A stretch of DNA of 64,000 nucleotides from a bacterium (GCA_037137535.1 JBAXKC010000001.1:224001-288000), one strand, 5' to 3'; positions 1 through 10,671 are shown, numbered from the stretch's first letter. Notes: a model not told the origin generated them from the sequence alone. A program made the numbers and translations.

Positions 1-74
1 GACAATTTGTCCTTTTTAAAGTTATCCATATTAGAATTTATTCTTAAAACTTTATTCTCTAATCTTGTTTGCAT
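1..74 (-). CDS. 5' end of a gene running off the window (MQTRLENKVLRINSNMDNFKKDKL...), product unknown
   Basis: Manual translation: ATG at 74 preceded by GAGAGGA RBS, open to the window edge. Confidence 0.55.
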   Translation of the reverse strand, partial: MQTRLENKVLRINSNMDNFKKDKL

Positions 75-130
75 ATATCCTCTCAAATTTAATTCCACCT
101 TTTACTTAAATATTATTTAGTAACTTATAT

Positions 131-186
131 AAAATATTAAAAAAAGGAGTTTGTGTTTTGACACAAACTCCTTTTTTTAATATTTT
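131..186. terminator. Long inverted repeat, intrinsic terminator-like
   Basis: aaaatattaaaaaaaggagtttgtgt / acacaaactcctttttttaatatttt arms with A/T tails, downstream of the 351-1514 gene. Confidence 0.7.
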
Positions 187-350
187 TTAACAAACTCCTG
201 TAATTATTACTAATTACTTTTATTTTTAAATTCTGATTTAATAGTCTGTAGGGTGAGTTTAAATCTACTCTACAACTCTCCTTGTGAGGATCTTTTTAGT
301 ACAGTTATCATATTTTTTCGTTTATACAACCTTAAAGACACTATTTTATA

Positions 351-1514
351 TTATTGCCCTGCAACTCCATATGCCAGAGCATTAACCTTAAAAATATAAA
401 ATGGCTTTGATTTCATAATATGAGTTGCTGGTTGCATTATTACATCGGGGATATCACTGTCAGTTATATAAAGCTCACTGTTTTTTCCAAAACTTAATCC
501 GTCAGGCCAACGCATTATAGGCGATTTAACAAGAGTTTTAAGTTTTTTATCTTTAGTGATTACTGAAATTGCTCCATCTTCAATTGACGTCAGATAAATA
601 TTATTTTCTTTATCAAGAGAAATTCCATCACATTGCGGTTTTTTAGAATAAAACTCTACTTTTTGCGATAATTCTTTTGAAGACAAATCAGTATTATTTA
701 GAACAGCTGTTTTTATTCTATAAAGTTTACTTCCGGACATTGGTCCAAAATACAGCCATTCACCTTTTTTATCAAGCCCAATAGGATCAATAGCAGGGTG
801 CATCCAATAAAGACCAAATAATGGATACATTTTATGCCCTTTAGCATTTATTTCATATGATTCCGCTATTACAGAAGTATCTCTTTCTAATAATCTGCGA
901 GCTTTACGAGTTGTCGTATCAAAAGAGATTATGGCAGGCTTACCTGAAAACACACCAATATCAGCAATATAAATATGTTTTGATTGTGGATCAATTTGCA
1001 TATCTTGAATATAAGAGCCTTCTCCTGCAATATCAACAGGGAAATCATATTGATAAACAAGTTTATCGGTATTAAGATCAAATGCCATTAATCTAGGCTT
1101 GCGAAGTCCATGAAATCCTGTATCTAAAGTCCAAAGCCTATCTTTTGAATCTATCCTGAGATTAAAAACCATATCAAAATAAGGTTTATTTTTTCTTTCA
1201 TGTTGCATTTCTAAGTTTGGATATGGAACAGGTTTACCGTTTTTTATTTCCATCACTTTAAGTTCGGGATTTCCTTCAGGATGGTAATTAAAAAAAATTC
1301 GCCCTTTACTCGACACCGCAATATTTCCTGGTGGAATATCTAACTTCGCAACTATTTTTAATGCATTAGGAGGCAACATAGGTTTTGTTGACAAATCGGG
1401 AAAAGGCTTGCCCCTTCCTCCAAATTTAAGCCAAAATAAACAAATTGCTATAACAAAACACACTAAAAATATTATCATTAAATAAATTAATTTTTTTCTA
1501 ATAACTGATTGCAT
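351..1514 (-). CDS. Major royal jelly/yellow-like (SMP-30/gluconolactonase superfamily) beta-propeller protein with N-terminal membrane anchor
   Basis: N-terminal hydrophobic helix; IDSKDRLWTLDTG, IYIADIG, DGISLD, MRWPDGLSF propeller motifs. Confidence 0.8.
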   Translation of the reverse strand: MQSVIRKKLIYLMIIFLVCFVIAICLFWLKFGGRGKPFPDLSTKPMLPPNALKIVAKLDIPPGNIAVSSKGRIFFNYHPEGNPELKVMEIKNGKPVPYPNLEMQHERKNKPYFDMVFNLRIDSKDRLWTLDTGFHGLRKPRLMAFDLNTDKLVYQYDFPVDIAGEGSYIQDMQIDPQSKHIYIADIGVFSGKPAIISFDTTTRKARRLLERDTSVIAESYEINAKGHKMYPLFGLYWMHPAIDPIGLDKKGEWLYFGPMSGSKLYRIKTAVLNNTDLSSKELSQKVEFYSKKPQCDGISLDKENNIYLTSIEDGAISVITKDKKLKTLVKSPIMRWPDGLSFGKNSELYITDSDIPDVIMQPATHIMKSKPFYIFKVNALAYGVAGQ

Positions 1515-1704
1515 ATTTATCTCCTATAAAATTAAAAAGATAGCTACAATTAACAGTTTATTATCATTCTAAATTAGAGTGGTTGTCAATAAGAAATATA
1601 TTAAATTGCAAAAGTATTATTATCATTGAAGCTTAAATAATAATAAATATTTTTCAATAAACTCATAAACTTGCTATAATTAAGAGAAACTAAGGGAATA
1701 ATTT

Positions 1705-1854
1705 ATGACAAACGAAAAAAAACAAGAACAAACTAAAGAGAAAAAAATAAAAATCGAAATAAAAGGTCTTGATATTGATAAAGCTGAATATCAAGAGATA
1801 GTTTTATCTCATTCAAATAATCCTGACAGATACTTTAACGGACAAAATTATTAA
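1705..1854 (+). CDS. Small hypothetical protein, 49 aa (MTNEKKQEQTKEKKIKIEIKGLDIDKAEYQEIVLSHSNNPDRYFNGQNY), not in ORF track
   Basis: Extended -10 TGcTATAAT at 1672-1680, AAGGGA RBS, ORF fills the gap up to a terminator. Confidence 0.55.
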   Translation: MTNEKKQEQTKEKKIKIEIKGLDIDKAEYQEIVLSHSNNPDRYFNGQNY

Positions 1855-1863
1855 AATATACAA

Positions 1864-1899
1864 AATACCTCCGAAAATAATAAATTTCGGAGGTATTTA
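1864..1899. terminator. Bidirectional intrinsic terminator
   Basis: aaatacctccgaaa / tttcggaggtattt stem between convergent ORFs. Confidence 0.75.
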
Positions 1900-1912
1900 T
1901 ATAAAAATAAAA

Positions 1913-4135
1913 TTAAATTGAAGCACTTACAAGGTTTATAAACTCATTTTTAACCCCTGTATTAAGGTTTGCAATATCAATTGTTGTGTCAGGAGTATAG
2001 GCTGTCATTTGTTGAATAATATGATTTATTTGATCATTTGTAATTAAAGTCCCGTCATTAAACTGAATAGTTTCAATTTGATATTTTTCTTTCTGAAACC
2101 AATCTACAACAGTTATTCCATCATTAGTTCCTTTAATTGCTATGTTTAAATTATTAAAATCTTTTGAAATTTCAATATCTTCTTTTTTAATATCATTACC
2201 GAAAACAATTTTATCTTCTCCGCTGGAATCAGTAATAGAATCCCAGTCATCGCCTTTATTAAACAAATAAGTATCATTGCCCGAATAATCTTTTATTCTG
2301 TCATAACCTTTAGCTGCATAATAAACATCATCACCATTATAACCTGTAAACACATCATTTTTTTCAGTTCCGATTACGGTTGGAGTAATAGAATTATCAA
2401 ACATGTCGTCTATCTCTTTAGCAGTAATCGATGAACCATCTGTAAAATTCAGCGTTTCAATTTGGTTATCCAATGAAGCAAACCAATTATTTACAGTTAT
2501 TCTATCAGTTTGCCCATCAACATTTATTATCAAATTATCATTATTTTTAACAAAAGAAATATTTTTATTTGTTATACTTGCACCAAAATCAATAGCATCA
2601 TTACCGTGAACATCTGTAATAATATCTTGTCCATCTCCCTTATCAAAGAGATATGTATCGTTACTAAAGGCATTAGTAATAATATCATTACCTTTACCGC
2701 CTTTGATAATATTATTTCTCAACTCAGAATCAACATTATCTAAATAAGCAACTTTTATTAGATCATTGCCTTCTTTTCCGTCAATTATATTATCAGCTAA
2801 ATTTGAACCTGTTAAATCATCATCTCCTGAAGTTCCGTTTACGTTTAATTTGAAATCATTTATTGTTTTTATAGCTCCGTCAACGAACTTAAAACTGTCA
2901 AAAGAGCTATTTTCAAGATATTCGCCACCAGGTTTATAATAAGAATGCAAGAAATTTGTTTCTATATAAATTTCATCTTTTGGATTATTAATAAAATTTA
3001 TTTGAAGATCATCGTTGATTTTATTAAAAATCAAATCCTCTGAAGTAATGTAACACCCAAAGGCTAAAGTATTTCCGCCTTTAAGATTTGTACATGATTG
3101 ATCCTGAATTAGATTTTTACCACTATTTTGATTATAAACATAAGTGTCAAAACCTGAAAAATCCTTGAAAATATCACCATTCTTACTAGAATAATAAATA
3201 TCGTTTCCCCCGTTATCCATAACGGTAGACGTATTATTTAATGATTTAAAGAAAGTATCATTTGAATAAGCTTTTATTATACAATCAGCCGAAGCCTCTG
3301 AAATTATTGAAGGCAATAAACTTTCTAAGGTTTTCTCTGTTCCATCAGCAAATTTCAGGACAATTTCAGAAGTTTCTCTTCCATCTTCTTTCCACGCTTC
3401 TAAAGTAATAAAATCTGTAGAATTCTTGAATTTTATTGTCATATCATTTACAGCGTTACCATCAACATAATTAAGCGGAACTGTATCCGTAGGGTCAAAA
3501 AGGTCTTTATAATAAGCATTTTCATCAAAAATAAGATCATCTTCTGTTATACCTTCACCAAACTCAATAATGGTAATATTTTTATCCGTTAAAGCATTAA
3601 AAGTTATAACATCTTGACCGTCTCCTTTATTAAATACAAACGTATTATCACCACTACCGCCATATAGCGTATCATTACCCTGCTTACCAATGATAAGGTC
3701 ATTTGCAGCCGTTCCGTTTAAAATATCGTCGTATTGCGTTCCCTCAATAAGATTAGGCGCATTATTAATAATAAGGTCTAACTGTTCTTTTGTTAGAACG
3801 CTCCCATCAGCAAATTCCATTTGCTCTATTTTATATTTATCTAATTTACCGTCAATAATGGTTAATCCGTCATCAATTCCTTTTATTTGAACATTAACAG
3901 TATTTCCATAAATTGTTGAAAATACAAGATCATTTACTGTAATATCTTTACCGAATTTAATTGAATCAAAACCTTGAGAGTCTGTAATAGTATCCCAGTT
4001 ATCACCTCTATTGAACATATAAACATCGTTGCCGAAATAATCTTTTACAGAATCATACCCCTCTTTTAGATAATAAATATTATCCTCGTTATATCCGCTG
4101 AATTTATCGTTTCCGTTTGTTCCCTCAATATACAT
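1913..4135 (-). CDS. RTX/hemolysin-type calcium-binding repeat protein (probable T1SS substrate)
   Basis: GxxGND nonapeptide-like motifs, repeated 'FNKGDGQDxI...FGxxI...' blocks, no Sec signal, C-terminal 'INHIIQQMTAY' tail; GGGGAGG RBS. Confidence 0.85.
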   Translation of the reverse strand: MYIEGTNGNDKFSGYNEDNIYYLKEGYDSVKDYFGNDVYMFNRGDNWDTITDSQGFDSIKFGKDITVNDLVFSTIYGNTVNVQIKGIDDGLTIIDGKLDKYKIEQMEFADGSVLTKEQLDLIINNAPNLIEGTQYDDILNGTAANDLIIGKQGNDTLYGGSGDNTFVFNKGDGQDVITFNALTDKNITIIEFGEGITEDDLIFDENAYYKDLFDPTDTVPLNYVDGNAVNDMTIKFKNSTDFITLEAWKEDGRETSEIVLKFADGTEKTLESLLPSIISEASADCIIKAYSNDTFFKSLNNTSTVMDNGGNDIYYSSKNGDIFKDFSGFDTYVYNQNSGKNLIQDQSCTNLKGGNTLAFGCYITSEDLIFNKINDDLQINFINNPKDEIYIETNFLHSYYKPGGEYLENSSFDSFKFVDGAIKTINDFKLNVNGTSGDDDLTGSNLADNIIDGKEGNDLIKVAYLDNVDSELRNNIIKGGKGNDIITNAFSNDTYLFDKGDGQDIITDVHGNDAIDFGASITNKNISFVKNNDNLIINVDGQTDRITVNNWFASLDNQIETLNFTDGSSITAKEIDDMFDNSITPTVIGTEKNDVFTGYNGDDVYYAAKGYDRIKDYSGNDTYLFNKGDDWDSITDSSGEDKIVFGNDIKKEDIEISKDFNNLNIAIKGTNDGITVVDWFQKEKYQIETIQFNDGTLITNDQINHIIQQMTAYTPDTTIDIANLNTGVKNEFINLVSASI

Positions 4136-4304
4136 TTTTGACCTCCCCTTAAAATAACAATGTCGAAAATATCAACATATGATTATTTACAGGATAAAAA
4201 CAAAATGCATTAGACAAAACAAACCTACAATAAGGCATTTTTTTAAGCACTATTTGCTTATATTAGATTTATACTATTATTTCAACAACTATATCTTATT
4301 TAAT

Positions 4305-5627
4305 TTATATCAACTCTAATTTAAGTTCTTTTAGCTTTTTGATAATAAAAAATAAAAATATATTGGCGCAAGAAAATAGAGCAATGGCAAACCCTATCCA
4401 TAGACCAAATACATCGAGTTTTTGAGAAAAAGCAAAATATACACCGATAGGAATACCTATTGCCCAATAACCAAGAGCCATTGTATAAATAATAGGCTTT
4501 GTATATCCCAATCCTCTTAATGCACCTGATAAAGTTATTTGAACACCGTCAAAAAGCTGGAAAATTGCTACAATAAATAATAATCGTGCTCCTATTTTTA
4601 TTATGCCTTTATCATTAGAAAATAATTCTATAAAAAAAGCAGGAAATACAAAAAACATTAAAGCAAAAAAGCCCATTATCGAAAGAGATAATATTAATCC
4701 TGCAATAATATTTTTCTTAATTGACTTGTAATTTCTTGAACCATAAGCATAACCGACCTTTACGCTAAGTGCATTAGCTACAGAAAGAGGAAGCATATAA
4801 GTTATAGACGAAAGAGTTAACACTATATTATTAGCTGCAACCTGAATTGTACTTATTTGTCCTGCAAGTATCGTAACAAGCCCAAATGCCGATAATTCAA
4901 GTAAAAGACTGATAGCTATCGGATAACCTATTCTCATTATATTTTTTAAATATTTTATATTTATTAAAAAAACTTCTTTAAAATATTTTCTGCAATAAAT
5001 TAAGAGCGTCAGCCCCATAATTGTTCTTACGCTTAAACTTGCTATTGCCAAGCCTTTTACACCAAGAGAGGGAATAAAGCCAAATCCGAAAACAAAGATC
5101 CAACATAAAACAACATTTAACAAAACCGCAACTATCGAGATTAAATTTGCAAAATACAACTTTTCATGAACCTGTAAAAACTCTTTAAGTGCCTGATATA
5201 AATAAGCTCCAAAAAAAGAGAAACTGCATATAAATATAAACTCTTGAATATCAGGTATTAATTTTCTCTCAAAACCTAAATAAGGAATTATAGGAATTGT
5301 CAAAAGCGAAATAAGTCCAAAAATAAAGGCTAAAAGCAAGGAATATATTAAAGTAATCTTAAAAAAACTGTTTATTTTCTGTTTTTCTCCTCTTTTTTTA
5401 GCTAAAACGGGAGAAATAGAGAATAAAAAACCCAGCCCCGTGAGCAATACCGTATTAATAACAGCATTTGCAATACTAATTGAAGCAACTGTAGCTGTTC
5501 CATGCTTTGCCGCAACAAATACATCTCCTGCCCCAATCAACATCTGTCCTACCTGCCCTAAAATTATAGGAACTGCAAAGAGCAACAGACCTTTTATAAT
5601 TGAAATTAAATTATTATCTTCCTTCAT
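4305..5627 (-). CDS. MATE family efflux transporter
   Basis: About 12 TM segments; AVPIILGQ, VKVGYAYG, QLFDGVQITLSGALRGLG NorM-like motifs. Confidence 0.9.
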   Translation of the reverse strand: MKEDNNLISIIKGLLLFAVPIILGQVGQMLIGAGDVFVAAKHGTATVASISIANAVINTVLLTGLGFLFSISPVLAKKRGEKQKINSFFKITLIYSLLLAFIFGLISLLTIPIIPYLGFERKLIPDIQEFIFICSFSFFGAYLYQALKEFLQVHEKLYFANLISIVAVLLNVVLCWIFVFGFGFIPSLGVKGLAIASLSVRTIMGLTLLIYCRKYFKEVFLINIKYLKNIMRIGYPIAISLLLELSAFGLVTILAGQISTIQVAANNIVLTLSSITYMLPLSVANALSVKVGYAYGSRNYKSIKKNIIAGLILSLSIMGFFALMFFVFPAFFIELFSNDKGIIKIGARLLFIVAIFQLFDGVQITLSGALRGLGYTKPIIYTMALGYWAIGIPIGVYFAFSQKLDVFGLWIGFAIALFSCANIFLFFIIKKLKELKLELI

Positions 5628-5741
5628 AATTTCTATATTAATATAAAGATGTTTTCAAACTGTATTTAAAATAAAATCATTAAAAAACTTGCCACACCAT
5701 TGAACAGCAGATTATATTATAATTAACTAAAGGAAATAAAA

Positions 5742-6602
5742 ATGAAGAAAAAAATTATATTATCCGCTCTTTTAATTATTCTATCTATATTTATGGCTTC
5801 GCTAGTAAGCAATATTCACGACCTTGCTAAATTTTCATTATGGTCTTTGTGGCTTTCTTCAATAATGATTTTTGTAATTCCACGAAAAAATCTTTTCACA
5901 AAACGAAAATATCTTTTAATAATTCCAATTATTTTATTCGGTATTCTTCTCGGAGCAAGCCCAAGCCCAATGGAGTCAATAGGGAGATTAATTTCTTCAT
6001 TTGGAAAATCACCAAAACCTATTTTAATAATTTATTTTCTTATTTTTACTTTGTTTTCTTTATTCGGAGCAAAATTCATTTGCAGTTGGGGTTGTCAATT
6101 AGGCGCTTTACAAGAATCGTTGCATAATACACCTGTTTTCAAAACCAAATATAAGTGGCAAGTGCCTTTTGCAGTAAGTTTAAGTATTAGAAGCTTACTA
6201 TTTATAGCTTCTCTCTGTTTAACTTTTGGCTGGATATTTAAAATCAAGGGGTATCCACTTTATTATAATATTTCTTATTTCCCCATTTATAACTTAGGAC
6301 TAAGACCTTTTGCACTTACGGGATTACCTATATTTTTAATCTTATGCTTATTAACTTATCGCCCATTTTGCTCTTATATCTGTCCTTTTGGACTTTATGC
6401 ATGGATATTGGAACGATTTTCTTTTAATAAGATAAACATAAACGATTCAAAATGCGTTAACTGCAAAAAATGCACCAAAATCTGCCCTACAGAATCGATG
6501 AAAGGTCTTTATAATAAAGAAAGAAAATATTTACTTCCTGATTGCTGGGCTTGCGGAAAATGTATTGAAAATTGCCATGTAAATGCAATAAACTTTGACT
6601 AA
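5742..6602 (+). CDS. Membrane-bound 4Fe-4S binding protein (NapH/MauN-like)
   Basis: TM helices, CSWGC and CSYICP motifs, two CxxCxxCxxxC ferredoxin motifs at the C-terminus. Confidence 0.85.
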   Translation: MKKKIILSALLIILSIFMASLVSNIHDLAKFSLWSLWLSSIMIFVIPRKNLFTKRKYLLIIPIILFGILLGASPSPMESIGRLISSFGKSPKPILIIYFLIFTLFSLFGAKFICSWGCQLGALQESLHNTPVFKTKYKWQVPFAVSLSIRSLLFIASLCLTFGWIFKIKGYPLYYNISYFPIYNLGLRPFALTGLPIFLILCLLTYRPFCSYICPFGLYAWILERFSFNKININDSKCVNCKKCTKICPTESMKGLYNKERKYLLPDCWACGKCIENCHVNAINFD

Positions 6603-7474
6603 GCAGCTAAAAGTGCTCTTAATTTATCCACATATTTCTTGTTGAAAAATCTTAAAAGAATATATTTTGAATAATAAAGAAAATACATAAATTTAACTAA
6701 TTTTCTTACTGATTTATTATATCTTAATTCAAAAAACAGCAATTCGCTGGCAATATAATGCTTTTCTTTATTAAAATTAGGTTTTTTAGTAGACTGTCCT
6801 TCTAAATGAATAATTTGAGAGTCAGGGAACAGTTTTCCTAAATAACCATTTTTCGCCATACGATAATTCAATTCAACTTCTTCAAAGTACATGAAAAATC
6901 TATCGTCAAAAGCACCGACTTCATCTAAAACAGACTTTCTTATCATTAAATCTGCCCCGATAACACATTGAACATCTTGAGGCTTGGTTCTATCGCTTTG
7001 TTCCGATAAATGGTATCTCATATTAAAGAAAAATCTTATACCTAAAGTCTTATACATTAAGTGCTTAAGACATGGGAAACCACCGAAAGAATTAGCATAG
7101 TTCATATTAGCATCATACAAATTGCCTCCGCAATAACCAATATGAGAATACTCAGGCTTTTCCATATTATCAAACAATATTTTTACTGCATTATTAACCA
7201 ATAATGTATCTGTATTTAAAAGAAAAACATATTTTGCATCAGATTTTTCTATTGCAAGATTATTCCCTCTGCCAAAACCAAGATTTTCTTTACTTTCTAT
7301 TAATTTGACCTGTGGAAATTCTTCTTTTATCATTTCCGCAGAACCATCTTCGGAATCATTATCAACAACCCAAACATCAAAGTCCAAACCGCTGGTTTTT
7401 TCATATATTGAATTAATACAATTTCTTGTTAATTCTTTTGTATTATAGCTCACCAGAATGATCGACACGTCCAT
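6599..7474 (-). CDS. GT2 family glycosyltransferase
   Basis: VSIILVSYN, VVDNDSEDGS, NLGFGRGNN, LLNTDT, FFMYFEEVE. Confidence 0.9.
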   Translation of the reverse strand: MDVSIILVSYNTKELTRNCINSIYEKTSGLDFDVWVVDNDSEDGSAEMIKEEFPQVKLIESKENLGFGRGNNLAIEKSDAKYVFLLNTDTLLVNNAVKILFDNMEKPEYSHIGYCGGNLYDANMNYANSFGGFPCLKHLMYKTLGIRFFFNMRYHLSEQSDRTKPQDVQCVIGADLMIRKSVLDEVGAFDDRFFMYFEEVELNYRMAKNGYLGKLFPDSQIIHLEGQSTKKPNFNKEKHYIASELLFFELRYNKSVRKLVKFMYFLYYSKYILLRFFNKKYVDKLRALLAA

Positions 7475-7506
7475 TGATAGTTCTCCGATTATTAAATTAC
7501 TGATTT

Positions 7507-8223
7507 TTAGTGATAACTTATTGTTGTTGAAACAATTTGTCTTATTTTATGTTTATTTTTAACATAAGCCACAGATTTTTTAAACTCTTCGTCAATATGC
7601 CCCCTTCCAATATGATAGCAGTCAAATTGAACAGCTTTTGTATCTATATTATATGTTTTTTTAGCATTTATTGAAAATTCTTCCGCATACATATGAAAGG
7701 TTAAATTCTCATCAAATTTCAACTTGTATTTATTTAGTAAAGAAGAATGGACAATAAGACAACAACAATCCAAAGTCTGAACTATTTCAGGTTTATCCAA
7801 CTTTAAACCATCCAAGGAAAAATTATTTTCGTCATGAATTTGTTTAATCTGCCCAATAACTACGGGAAGCTTTTTTATTCTAAATCTATTTGAAACAAAA
7901 GAAAGTTTTTGCGTATATTTATTAACTCCTGTGGCACCGTATATAAAATTTTTATCTAAATCAGCAAGCACAATATAAGGATCATGATTAAATCCAAAAT
8001 CCTGATGAATAAATACACACCAGAAATCGCTGTCAGCATATACTTTTTCGGAAATAAAATTATTATATATTTTTGAAATAGAGGAATGTTCGGTTCTATT
8101 ATCAAAAACAGTAATCGGATAATGATTTACATTGTTATTATCACGTATAACCTTATTATAAATATCAAATTTATTTACAACAGTTATTATATTTATTTTA
8201 TCATTATTTTCAACTGGCTTCAT
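7507..8223 (-). CDS. GT-A fold glycosyltransferase-like protein
   Basis: SISKIYN, FIHQD, VQTLDCC, FDENLTFHMY motifs. Confidence 0.7.
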   Translation of the reverse strand: MKPVENNDKINIITVVNKFDIYNKVIRDNNNVNHYPITVFDNRTEHSSISKIYNNFISEKVYADSDFWCVFIHQDFGFNHDPYIVLADLDKNFIYGATGVNKYTQKLSFVSNRFRIKKLPVVIGQIKQIHDENNFSLDGLKLDKPEIVQTLDCCCLIVHSSLLNKYKLKFDENLTFHMYAEEFSINAKKTYNIDTKAVQFDCYHIGRGHIDEEFKKSVAYVKNKHKIRQIVSTTISYH

Positions 8224-8397
8224 TTTAACAGCACAAAACTTTCATTATTATCTTAATCCAAATCTTATCACAAAACATTATTATTTTTTTGCCGACTATT
8301 AATAAAAACTTTCATAAAAGTTAATGTAAAAATATAGCTAAATACACTTATTTTGTATTATTATTTTGTAGTTGACTCCAATTTTAAAGTGCAAAAA

Positions 8398-9627
8398 ATG
8401 AATAAACATGTATTATTAATTTCATATTATTTCCCTCCTACGCAAGGAATAGGAACTGTCAGACCTGAAGGAACAGCCAAATACCTTGAAAAATTAGGCT
8501 ATAAAGTAACAGTTTTAACTATAACTGCTGAAAATTCGGCTTATATCGAAAAATATAATACATTAAGAGTTCCATGCCCTCAATTTTTAAGAGCAACAAA
8601 ACAAAAAGGCTTTATCAATAAAATCAAAAGGTTCTTTGAACGACAATTCAAAGATATTCTGTTCTTTCCCGATGATAGATGCAAATGGATTGAACCTGCA
8701 GTGAAAGCCGCTTCTGAATTAATAGAAAAAGAAAGACCATGTGCAATTATAAGCTCTTCTTCACCTTATACGGTACATGTAATTGCTCATAAGCTGAAAG
8801 AAAAGTTTAATATCCCATGGATTGCCGACCTTAGAGATCCATGGTCGCAAACTATTTATTATGATCACAGTTTTTGGCGTAGACCTATTGATGCTCTTTA
8901 TGAGCTGAAAATATTAGGAACAGCCGATGTTTTAACGGTTATTTCAGATGGACAGAAAGATTTCTTACAAAAATTACATAAAACTAAAAATATTAAAGCT
9001 GTGACAAATGGTTTTGATCCAGAAAAAGTGCCTACTGTCTCTGTTGAGTTAGATAAAAAACTTTCAATTCTATTTGCGGGTACATTTTATTTAAAATATC
9101 AAAAACCTGAATTATTCTTTGAGGCTTTAGGTGAGTTAATCGCCGAAGGATTAATTGATGATAATAAAATCGAAGTTAATATTTATACAGGTTATTATGA
9201 AGAAATTCAAAAATTAATTAATAATGCCAAACTTGAAAAAGTAGCCAAACAATTTGGAAGAGTAGACCATGAAACTATTTTACAAAAACAAAGGTCAGCT
9301 CAAGTTTTATGGCTTTGTAACTTAGAATTAAACAAAGATAATTTTGGATGTCTGCCAGGTAAAATGTACGAATATTTAACGATGAAAAGACCTATTTTAC
9401 TTGTTGGCGGTGATAAAAATGATGAATTATCAAGACGATTAAAAGAAACAGGCGTTAGCTATGTCGCACATACAAAAAATGAAGTAAAATCCTCATTATT
9501 AGATATGTATAAAGAATTTGAAGAAAATGGATTCATTAAATATAAAGGAATTCCCGATATAGTTAATTCTTACAGTCATGAAAAAATGGCTGAAAAATTT
9601 GCATCAATAATTGAAGAAATTCAATAA
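8398..9627 (+). CDS. GT4 (GT-B) glycosyltransferase
   Basis: VLLISYYFPP, IPWIADLRDPW, TNGFD, PGKMYEYL; ATG at 8398 preferred over upstream TTG at 8353. Confidence 0.85.
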   Translation: MNKHVLLISYYFPPTQGIGTVRPEGTAKYLEKLGYKVTVLTITAENSAYIEKYNTLRVPCPQFLRATKQKGFINKIKRFFERQFKDILFFPDDRCKWIEPAVKAASELIEKERPCAIISSSSPYTVHVIAHKLKEKFNIPWIADLRDPWSQTIYYDHSFWRRPIDALYELKILGTADVLTVISDGQKDFLQKLHKTKNIKAVTNGFDPEKVPTVSVELDKKLSILFAGTFYLKYQKPELFFEALGELIAEGLIDDNKIEVNIYTGYYEEIQKLINNAKLEKVAKQFGRVDHETILQKQRSAQVLWLCNLELNKDNFGCLPGKMYEYLTMKRPILLVGGDKNDELSRRLKETGVSYVAHTKNEVKSSLLDMYKEFEENGFIKYKGIPDIVNSYSHEKMAEKFASIIEEIQ

Positions 9628-9633
9628 TAACAA

Positions 9634-10044
9634 TTAAACTATATCTTTTAACTGTTTAATACATTTTTTGTCATCAAAAAATAAATGTTTCATTAAATAA
9701 TGTAAAACCAACTGATTTGTCATTAAAGCTTTAACGACTACAGGATAATTATTTAAATCTAAATCATTTAAATAATCACTCATTACTTTATGCTGAATAA
9801 CATGTTTTTCAACATCAGGCAAGCCATGTTGCTTATATATGGTAATTTCATCTTCAAAATGCTTTAAAATAACACCTTTAGTTTCTTCGATCTCTGCAAT
9901 AAGATCACTTTCTTTTGTATTAATATCCGCACTCATTTCAAACAATCTATTTGCCATTTCGGCAACTTTTTTATGCCCATCATCAATTATTTCTATATTT
10001 GTTAAGTATTCATCAGAAAAATCTATTTGCCATAATTTATTCAT
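9634..10044 (-). CDS. Single-domain hemerythrin-like protein
   Basis: All di-iron ligands visible: H (DDGH), HFEDE, HVIQH, HLFFDD. Confidence 0.8.
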   Translation of the reverse strand: MNKLWQIDFSDEYLTNIEIIDDGHKKVAEMANRLFEMSADINTKESDLIAEIEETKGVILKHFEDEITIYKQHGLPDVEKHVIQHKVMSDYLNDLDLNNYPVVVKALMTNQLVLHYLMKHLFFDDKKCIKQLKDIV

Positions 10045-10083
10045 AATTATCCCTTTTCCGAATAAAAAATCATCAATTTTTTA

Positions 10084-10494
10084 TTACTTTGATTTTTTTA
10101 TCATTTCAATACATTTTTTATCTTCAGAATACAAATGTTGCACTAAATAACGTAAAATTATCTGATTCATCATCATTGCCTTCACAAGAATAGGATGAGG
10201 CTCTAAATCTAATTCATTAACATAATTTTTTATTTCTTCATGTTTTAAATTATGCTCTTCAACTGTTGGCAAATTATATTTTTTATATAAGGCAATCTCT
10301 TCTTCAAAATGCCCTAAAAGTGCTTGCTTACTCTCTTCAATATATTTAACAAGATCAGCTTCTTTTGTATTAAGCCCCGTACTCATTTCATAAAGTTTAT
10401 TTGCACGCATTGCAAGATCTTTATGGCTATTATCAATAATCTCCACATTTGTTAAATATTCATCAGAAAACTCTATTTCCCATAATATGTCCAT
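10084..10494 (-). CDS. Single-domain hemerythrin-like protein (tandem paralog)
   Basis: H (DNSH), HFEEE, HNLKH, HLYSED; same length as and collinear with its neighbour. Confidence 0.8.
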   Translation of the reverse strand: MDILWEIEFSDEYLTNVEIIDNSHKDLAMRANKLYEMSTGLNTKEADLVKYIEESKQALLGHFEEEIALYKKYNLPTVEEHNLKHEEIKNYVNELDLEPHPILVKAMMMNQIILRYLVQHLYSEDKKCIEMIKKSK

Positions 10495-10643
10495 AAGCTG
10501 ACCTCTTATATAACTCCAATAAATAGAATTGTTATTATATTGAATAGTATTACCAGTTTAAAACAGTAATACCAATATTTCATTAGCCAAAATAATGGAA
10601 TTTAAATTGATAATTAATTGAATATATAGCCACTACAAACAAG

Positions 10644-10670
10644 AAAAATCCCTCAAGATGAGGGATTTTT
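10644..10670 (-). terminator. Intrinsic terminator after kdsC
   Basis: aaaaatccctc-aagat-gagggattttt. Confidence 0.75.
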
Positions 10671-10671
10671 A

